Assembly (NCBI GenBank): GCA_963783675.1
Contig: CAWAOU010000001.1
Coordinates: 15,905-79,904, forward strand
Direction: 5' to 3'
DNA from: an uncultured Gammaproteobacteria bacterium
GTDB lineage: Bacteria; Pseudomonadota; Gammaproteobacteria; Competibacterales; JAHEDQ01
DNA: 64,000 nt
Made by a program: the position numbers and the translations under genes. Below are positions 57,632 through 64,000 of this stretch, piece by piece; the stretch's first letter is position 1; every line of letters starts with the position of its first letter. Under the pieces are notes generated by a model, which was not told the origin of the DNA, ran no database searches, and saw nothing but the letters and a program-made list of their open reading frames with translations.

Positions 57632-58027
57632 TTGAGCACGGCTTCAACAAAAAAGCAGTCCCCAGCCGGTGGCCGTCAGCTGATCGCAGGTGCGGCTGTC
57701 AATTTTACTTTTCTCGCGGTGCTTTTCTTGTTCGCTTGTCTCAGGGAACAGCCAATGTTTTGGACAAATGCGGGAGGTTGGCCGATCTGGCTAAGGGAGC
57801 TCGTTGGGGCTTCTTTCTACCCGCTGCTGCTGCTCGAACTCCTGCTCCTGATGGCGTTCTCCGGAGTGTGCGTCCGTCTCCTGGCCTCCCGATGTCCCAC
57901 CGGGATGACCGCGGTTGCCGTGCTTCCGCTCCTGTGGACACTTTTTCTTCTAATCGTTGTTATTCTTGGGGCAAACAATCTGGACAACCTGATAGCCGGA
58001 CAACCGCTACACTGGCATCGCGAGTAA
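57632..58027 (+). CDS. Small polytopic membrane protein, unknown function
   Basis: Four hydrophobic segments (AVNFTFLAVLFLFACL, FYPLLLLELLLLMAFSGVCV, AVAVLPLLWTLFLLIVVILGA). Competes with an overlapping ORF in another frame (57625..58224). Confidence 0.4.
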   Translation: MSTASTKKQSPAGGRQLIAGAAVNFTFLAVLFLFACLREQPMFWTNAGGWPIWLRELVGASFYPLLLLELLLLMAFSGVCVRLLASRCPTGMTAVAVLPLLWTLFLLIVVILGANNLDNLIAGQPLHWHRE

Positions 58028-58046
58028 ACGCGACCTCTTTTCGTGA

Positions 58047-60704
58047 TCAGTGTCCCTCAGCGCCGGGCCCAAAAACCTCGCGCCGCAGTGCATCCATCGC
58101 TTCCCGGGACCCCTTCGCCAACTCGAGAAACTCCCCCATGGATTCAATAGCCGCCTCAGGCGGCCCGGTTCGTGCTGCCTGCTCGATGGATGCAACGATC
58201 TGGCTGAGCCGGGTGGCACCGTAGCTTGCCGCACTGCTCTTCAGTCGGTGCGCCGCTTGGGCCATAGCATCGAGGTCGAGCTTGTCCGCGGCCTCCTCCA
58301 ATGCAATTGTCTGCCGTTCCAGTTCATGGACGAAGGCATCCACCACCACTTCCGCATTCTCTGGTCCCACATCTTCTAACAATTGGTCCAGAATCCTTCG
58401 GTCGATCAACGCGTCCGGTCCTCGTGGTTGGGTGAGGGTTTCGATTCGATGGGATACTGTCAATCTCTCGGGCTCCGGTGTAAACCACCGTTTTAAGCAA
58501 TTTAGCAGTTCGGTCCGGTCGAGCGGTTTCGGCAGGTAATCATTTAGACCTTGCGTCAGCAGTGTTTCTCGTTCACCTCGCATGACGTGAGCGGTCACCG
58601 CAACGATGGGAATGCTTGCTGCAGGGCCTTCCAAAGCGCGAATGGCACGGGTGGCGCCGACGCCGTCCAACTCGGGCATGCCGATGTCCATCAGCACGAG
58701 GTCATAGGGTCGGCTGCGCACGGCGTCCACCGCCTCCAGGCCGTTGGCTACCACATCCACGTTCAGACCAAGCCGCTGCAGCAGCGATTGCGCGATCATC
58801 TGGTTGGCCGAGTTGTCTTCCGCGATCAGCACGCGGCCCTTAAGGTGTATTGCCTGGCCCCAACCCGACTGGTTACGGTCATCGTCAAACGATGCTTCCT
58901 CCAGCAGGGCCATATTGGGAGAAACGGCCGCGAGCGGTATGTCAAACCAGAAGCGGCTGCCCTCTCCAGGGTGGCTTTCAAAATCGATTTCGCCTCCCAG
59001 GATGTAGACCAGTCGGCGGGAAATCGACAGCCCGAGACCGGTCCCTTCGGTTAAGTGCTCGCAACTCTCAGCGCGGGTCCAGAACTCTTCAAAAATTTTC
59101 CCTTGTTGCTCCGGAGCCATCCCTACGCCGGTGTCGCTCACCGCAAACCGCAAACGCATCAGGTTCTCAGTTTGTTCCAGAAGGGAGACGCCGATGCACA
59201 CCTCTCCCCTCGAGGTGAATTTCACGCCGTTACCTGCCAAATTCAGCAGTACCTGCCTGATCTTGGTCGAGTCACCTTGCGCAATCCGGGGAACCTCAGC
59301 ATCGACTTCGGCGAATATGCCGATGGCCTTCACCGACGCCCGCGGCTCTAGCATCTCGACAACACTGTCCACCAGGCCGGAGATATTGAAAACGGCAGGC
59401 TCAAGCTCGATCTTGCCGGCCTCCATCTTCGAGAAGTCGAGGATGTTATTGACAATGGAGAGCAGCCATTCGGCAGAACGCCGGCTCGTGTCGGCGTACT
59501 TGCGTTGCTCGGCGTCCAGTAAGGTATCTTGCAGAAGTCCAAGAGATCCCAGCATCCCGTTCAGTGGTGTACGAACCTCGTGGCTCATCATCGCCAGGAA
59601 TCTGGACTTGGCCTGACTTGCCTCCTCCGCTTTTTCCATTGCCTCCTGGAGTTGCCGCTCGCGCGCAAGCGCGTCGGTTATGTCGCGCTCGATGGCCATA
59701 AACTGAACGACTTCGCCAGCTTCATCCCGAATAGGCTGGACCTCGATCGAGATCCAATAGGGCCGCCCGTCCTTCGCATAATTCAACACCGCTTCCTCGA
59801 AGCCCTCGCCCCGGCGCAGCTTTTCTCGCATGCGCTGCACCGCTTGCGCGTCAGTCTCCGGGCCCTGCAGCGCCGAGCCCGGTGTACGACCCAAGACCTC
59901 TGGGAGTGTGTAGCCTGTGATGCGCGTAAATGCGTCGTTAACCCACTCTATTTGTCCGGCATTGTCGGTGATGATCACCGCGTTGTCGGTGCGGGCCGCT
60001 ACCATTGAGAGCTTGCGGGATTGCTCCTCGCTTTCCCCGAGTGCCGCCACTTGAGTGCTGCTTTGCAGACGCAGTCTAACGTTCTGAATGATGCTTGCAT
60101 TGATCCGCCGCGCGCCGGTCACGGTTATCCCCAGGAAGACTATAGTGAGCAGACCGAGGGCAGAGATCACCTCGTCACCGCTCGAGAGAAAGCGCGCTGC
60201 CAGCGGGAGGACTGACAGCGAAAGAAATGCCAAGGTCGCGCTCATCGATGCAGAGAGCGACGTCACGGCGCCCGCGGTAAGACCTGCCACCAATACGCCT
60301 TGGAAGGCCTGATGCGCAATGTCATCTGGTGGGTAAAGCATCCAGGCGCCCAGTCCCCATACCGCTCCGGCCACCGCCGTTCCCGCGGTGAAGCGAAGCA
60401 ACCAATTCGCTTCGGTGCCGGTCTCCTCGCGTGTTTTGAAGTAAAGCAGCGCCATCGCCCAGCGCAGCAGGTTGACCAGCACGATCGCGCAAAACCAGGT
60501 GATGACAACCGTGTGCTCGATCAAGGGCCACTGGATATAGGACATGACACCTGCGACCGCTAATGACGCGGGTATGCTCGCCTGTACCCCCTTCATCAGG
60601 AGTTGAGTCTGCTCGGCCCGGATTTGCGAATCGTCAGAATCGCGCGCTAAGGGCGGCCCATCTGGAAGGGTTTTTTCGGCTTTTAGCGTAGGCGGGAGAC
60701 TCAC
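58047..60704 (-). CDS. Hybrid sensor histidine kinase: membrane N-terminus, PAS, HisKA/HATPase, REC, Hpt
   Basis: PAS: AVIITDNAGQIEWVNDAFTRITGY. H-box: MSHEVRTPLNG. Also GTGLGLSISRRLV. REC: VLIAEDNSANQ...LVLMDIGMPELDG. Hpt: AAHRLKSSAASYGA. Confidence 0.9.
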   Translation of the reverse strand: MSLPPTLKAEKTLPDGPPLARDSDDSQIRAEQTQLLMKGVQASIPASLAVAGVMSYIQWPLIEHTVVITWFCAIVLVNLLRWAMALLYFKTREETGTEANWLLRFTAGTAVAGAVWGLGAWMLYPPDDIAHQAFQGVLVAGLTAGAVTSLSASMSATLAFLSLSVLPLAARFLSSGDEVISALGLLTIVFLGITVTGARRINASIIQNVRLRLQSSTQVAALGESEEQSRKLSMVAARTDNAVIITDNAGQIEWVNDAFTRITGYTLPEVLGRTPGSALQGPETDAQAVQRMREKLRRGEGFEEAVLNYAKDGRPYWISIEVQPIRDEAGEVVQFMAIERDITDALARERQLQEAMEKAEEASQAKSRFLAMMSHEVRTPLNGMLGSLGLLQDTLLDAEQRKYADTSRRSAEWLLSIVNNILDFSKMEAGKIELEPAVFNISGLVDSVVEMLEPRASVKAIGIFAEVDAEVPRIAQGDSTKIRQVLLNLAGNGVKFTSRGEVCIGVSLLEQTENLMRLRFAVSDTGVGMAPEQQGKIFEEFWTRAESCEHLTEGTGLGLSISRRLVYILGGEIDFESHPGEGSRFWFDIPLAAVSPNMALLEEASFDDDRNQSGWGQAIHLKGRVLIAEDNSANQMIAQSLLQRLGLNVDVVANGLEAVDAVRSRPYDLVLMDIGMPELDGVGATRAIRALEGPAASIPIVAVTAHVMRGERETLLTQGLNDYLPKPLDRTELLNCLKRWFTPEPERLTVSHRIETLTQPRGPDALIDRRILDQLLEDVGPENAEVVVDAFVHELERQTIALEEAADKLDLDAMAQAAHRLKSSAASYGATRLSQIVASIEQAARTGPPEAAIESMGEFLELAKGSREAMDALRREVFGPGAEGH

Positions 60705-61258
60705 GGTGCGTCAGGACTCCTGCTGGGTAATGCCCAATGCGCTGAAATATGTCATGTGGCATCGCTACCTGCGGTGGGGACAAGTGAGATGTTCAGCGTT
60801 CTGAATCTGTTTGACCCGCCGGCGCACGATCGGATGATTGCCGGCAGTGGTGCTCTCGTGAAATGCGAGCACCACTCGTGCCATAACCAACGATCCGCTA
60901 ATCGGCCGGAAAATTGGTGCCTCAGACTGCGATTTTCCTCCATCTGAGACCTGCGTCCGACCGTTTTGCAAATTGCGAAGCATTTTTCATCGCATATCGA
61001 ACAACTCAGGCTGGAGGTTATGCTAGCCGACCTTTTTTCATGGGCTATCATGCGGCACACCGGAAGGGCCGGGATGCGGAACAATCGCGGCAGGCCGCGG
61101 CCCCTGCCTGCAATACCCTTACATCCGATCTGACCTGTTGCGGTCACGATGTGCTGACATAGCAGGCGTGCGCACGGAGTTTGCTTAGAGAGAGGGTTAA
61201 AAAATTCTATTTGTCAGATTTTCCATGGGGTAAGCCAGATGCAGACCGGAGACGTGCG

Positions 61259-61801
61259 ATGAAGGGTATGGTTTTTACGGAGTTTGTCGAAATGGTGGAG
61301 AACCAGTTTTCTCCCGAGATGGCGGACCAGATCATCGTTGCGGCGAATCTCCCCTCCGGCGGGATGTATACATCCGTTGGGACTTACCACCATGGCGAGA
61401 TGATCGCTTTGGTCGAACTACTCAGCGAGAAGACCGACATCCCGAGCGCTGATCTGATCGAGGCATTCGGGACTTACCTCTTCGGCCGCTTTTTCGAGCA
61501 GCACCCCGCATTTTTTGAAGATATGCATTGCACCTTCGATTTCCTCTCGCAGATAGAGGAACACGTGCACCAGGAGGTGCGCAAGCTCTATCCGGACGCG
61601 GAGCTTCCCACGTTCGAGACCAACCGCCCGGATGCAGACACCTTGGAAATGACCTACCGGTCCCGACGACCATTCGCCGATCTGGCCCTGGGGCTGATTC
61701 GAGGGTGTGCCGGTCACTATGACGAGAATCTCGCGATAGAACAGGTCGATCTGTCCGAAGACGGGCGCACCCATGTCCGCTTTACGCTGAGGCGGCAGTA
61801 G
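61259..61801 (+). CDS. hnoX: H-NOX (heme-nitric oxide/oxygen binding) sensor protein
   Basis: [18 protein letters not shown]...; candidate proximal His in IEEHVHQEV; YxSxR motif in [10 protein letters not shown]. 180 aa, directly upstream of a sensor-less kinase. Confidence 0.8.
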   Translation: MKGMVFTEFVEMVENQFSPEMADQIIVAANLPSGGMYTSVGTYHHGEMIALVELLSEKTDIPSADLIEAFGTYLFGRFFEQHPAFFEDMHCTFDFLSQIEEHVHQEVRKLYPDAELPTFETNRPDADTLEMTYRSRRPFADLALGLIRGCAGHYDENLAIEQVDLSEDGRTHVRFTLRRQ

Positions 61802-61805
61802 GTCC

Positions 61806-63547
61806 ATGCAGGGGAGCTCCGACAACGCTTCTCTGTTCGAGCGCCGTTTCCTGCGAGAGCGCGGAGCGCGCAAGCAGGCAGAGCAACTGCTCGAGGAGAA
61901 AAGCCGGGAACTCTACCTGGCCAATCAAGAGCTTCGGAGACTGGCGCTTAGCTTAGAAGGTTTGGTGGAGGCACGCACGGCGGAGCTCAAGGAGGCACGC
62001 GACCAGGCCTTGGCCGCCAGCCGTGCCAAGAGCGCTTTTCTGGCCAACATGAGCCATGAGATTCGAACGCCCATGAGCGGGGTGATCGGCATGGCTGAGC
62101 TGCTGCTGGAGTCGCCTCTATCCGATGAGCAGCATCGGCAGGCACAAGTGATCCAGGAGTCCGCGAAGTCCCTGCTGACCATCATCAACGACATTCTTGA
62201 TCTCTCAAAACTGGAATCCGGAAGCTTTCGTCTTGAGATCGAGGATTTCGATCTCTTCGAAATACTCGACAAGGTCGTCGATATACTCGCGCTACCGGCG
62301 AGCAAAAAGCATCTAGAGCTGTGCGCGATCCCGGCGCAGGGGGTGCCGTCAGCGCTCCGGGGTGACCCAGTTCGCCTGCGCCAGGTGTTACTCAACTTGC
62401 TTGGCAATGCGGTCAAGTTTACTGATCAGGGAGGGGTGACTCTCAAGATCGAGGCGGAGGGCGTAGCGGGTGGTGAGGTGCTCCTACGATTTGATGTGGT
62501 GGACACAGGCCCCGGCATCCCGCTGGAAGACCAAGGCCGATTGTTCAGCAAGTTCACCCAGCTCGAGGGAGGACGGGCGCGCCGGCACCAAGGCACGGGG
62601 TTGGGGCTGGCGATCTGCAAGAGTCTGGTCGAATGCATGGGGGGGAGATTGGGTTCCATAGCCGCTCAGGGGAGGGGAGCCGGTTCTGGTTCACCGTGGT
62701 ACTGGGTCAATCTGAGGTTGCCCACCCTCGGGAAACGTCGATTCCACGTGGGGTGAAGGCGGCGGTGCTGACTCGAAGCCCGTTTCTACGTGAGTCGGCC
62801 CTTGCGCTTTTGCGCAGTCTTTGTGCGGATGTCGTGGCCTTGCGGGAATCGGAAACATTTATCGAGACCGTTCGGGAGGCCGGCGAACGAGGTGAGCCAT
62901 TTCATCTCGCCCTCGTAGACCGGTCCAGTTCGTCAGGGGTTGCTGACGACCAAAGGTTTCGGGCAGCGCTCGAGCTATGCGGCCGCCATGTCTGCCGGGC
63001 TTCTCTGAACTGGTTAGATAGCCGCAGCGTTGACGAGCAAGGCTTTTGGGATATCTCCTTGAAGCGACCGCTGACTCGTCGGAAGCTTCTCGATGCCCTG
63101 CGGCCGGCGGCCTCCGTTGCTGCGAGCCCAGCCGCGCCAAAGGCTGAGTCGGAGTTGCCGTCCAAGCGGGTGCTTTTGGTGGAGGATGTGCTTGCTCTGC
63201 AGCTCGTCGCCAAGGCAAAGCTTGAGCGGTTGGGTTATGCGGTTGACGTTGCCAGCGATGGCCGCGAAGCCATCCAGGCCGTAGGTTCGCGCAACTACGG
63301 CCTCATCTTGATGGATATTCAGATGCCTCAGATGGACGGTGTATCCGCGACAATGGAGATTCGAGGGCTGCCTGATCCGCTGAAGGCATCAACGCCGATC
63401 ATTGCATTGACCGCCAACGCGATGAAGGGCGATGACGAGGTATATCTGGCGGCAGGCATGAACGGATATCTCGCCAAACCGATTGACAACCGGCAGCTCA
63501 AAGAAGCGTTGGAGTGCTGGTTTGTGGGCCCTAAAATACCACGCTGA
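61806..63547 (+). CDS. hnoK: H-NOX-associated hybrid histidine kinase (HisKA-HATPase-REC), interrupted by a -1 shift in a G-run at 62639-62645
   Basis: ORF 61806..62756 has a coiled coil, [11 protein letters not shown] and [21 protein letters not shown] 62633..63547 continues [20 protein letters not shown] and the REC domain ([11 protein letters not shown]...[13 protein letters not shown]...LAKP). One extra G restores a single frame. Confidence 0.8.
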
Positions 63548-63580
63548 GTGGCATACGCAGGCGCAGATCTTTAACAATGG

Positions 63581-63598
63581 GCACTGCCGTGCTTTTTT
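63581..63598 (+). terminator. Weak candidate intrinsic terminator
   Basis: GCAC-tgcc-GTGC followed by T6, 34 nt after the kinase stop. The stem is only 4 bp. Confidence 0.25.
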
Positions 63599-63613
63599 GG
63601 AGCTTAGAGTCTA

Positions 63614-64000
63614 ATGAGAACGCGTGTGACCCCCGGATTCGTGTTGTCCATCATTCTGCTGGTGGCAGTGCCATCGTCCGGCGCCGCGACAGATGAAGGC
63701 GTGGACCGGCAGAATTTCACCTTCGGTATCGTTCCCCAACAGGCGGCGAGCAAGCTGGCCCGTCTCTGGGCACCTGTCTTCGACTATCTCGGACGGAGCG
63801 CTGGCCTTGAAATCAAGTTCCGCACCGCACCCGATATCCCGGAGTTTGAACGGCGGCTCGCCGCCGGGGATTATGATTTCGCCTACATGAATCCGTACCA
63901 TTACACGGTGTTCAGCCGGGAGCCCGGCTATCGGGCCTTTGCCAAGTCCAAAGGAAAACTGCTCAAGGGCATTCTGGTCGTGCGCAAGGACAGCCCGATC
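63614..64000 (+). CDS. PhnD-like periplasmic substrate-binding protein (5' part; runs off window)
   Basis: MRTRVTPGFVLSIILLVAVPSSGAA signal, then FTFGIVPQQAASKLARLWAPVFDYLGRSAGLEIKFRTAPDIPEFERRLAAGDYDFAYMNPYHY. Confidence 0.7.
   Translation, partial: MRTRVTPGFVLSIILLVAVPSSGAATDEGVDRQNFTFGIVPQQAASKLARLWAPVFDYLGRSAGLEIKFRTAPDIPEFERRLAAGDYDFAYMNPYHYTVFSREPGYRAFAKSKGKLLKGILVVRKDSPI

Noticed and set aside
57625-58224. 199-aa ORF overlapping the small membrane-protein ORF and the 3' end of the hybrid kinase.
   Set aside because: It is Arg/Ser/Pro-rich, runs antisense into the kinase gene and has no motifs. The TM-rich frame (57632..58027) is preferred, though still weakly.

Overview
High-GC proteobacterial chromosome segment, probably gammaproteobacterial (taxonomy not provable from sequence alone). 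No rRNA, intact tRNA or CRISPR array seen. It falls into four parts.

(1) 1-17.9 kb is a mobile-DNA graveyard.
- Two diverged copies of the pilL-to-traD block of a PFGI-1/ICEclc-type integrative conjugative element lie head-to-head.
- Between them sit a 3.6-kb recombinase-in-trio (RIT) element and a degraded FitA/VapC pair.
- Each ICE arm is broken by frameshifts in different genes; traD is broken in both.
- The right arm stops after the PFL_4697-like gene. It is followed by RES-Xre and PIN-HTH toxin-antitoxin pairs, a transposase stub, a 45-nt tRNA-fMet 3' half and a broken integrase.

(2) 18-23.3 kb holds a NUDIX hydrolase, a small membrane ORF, about 0.9 kb of unassigned AT-richer DNA, a twice-frameshifted manC and a metallophosphoesterase.

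(3) 23.4-57.5 kb is a large PEP-CTERM/exosortase-type exopolysaccharide locus.
- It has three tandem phosphoglycosyl-transferase-like proteins, of which only the middle one keeps the catalytic DE.
- It also carries GT2/GT4 glycosyltransferases, a GlnD-like nucleotidyltransferase of unknown role, GlgX, GH9, two acyltransferases, a Wzy-like polymerase, Wzx, Wza, a Wzc-like protein with a degenerate kinase, an ExeA-like ATPase and a PEGA lipoprotein.
- A translationally coupled trio encodes a PEP-CTERM protein, a membrane-anchored unknown, and an atypical exosortase-EpsI fusion.
- A partner-switching module (REC-PP2C, RsbW-like kinase, STAS) sits at the head of the operon.

(4) 57.5-64 kb is signalling: a hybrid HK with Hpt, H-NOX plus a hybrid HK interrupted at a G-run, and the start of a PhnD-like binding protein.

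The best candidates for something new are the non-canonical exosortase trio, the structured RIT termini at the symmetry centre of the inverted ICE arms, and the degenerate PGT paralogues and GlnD-like NTase in the EPS locus. Family names (TIGR/PFL numbers) are from memory and no searches were run. Single-nucleotide frame disruptions outside the ICE arms cannot be told apart from assembly errors without reads.
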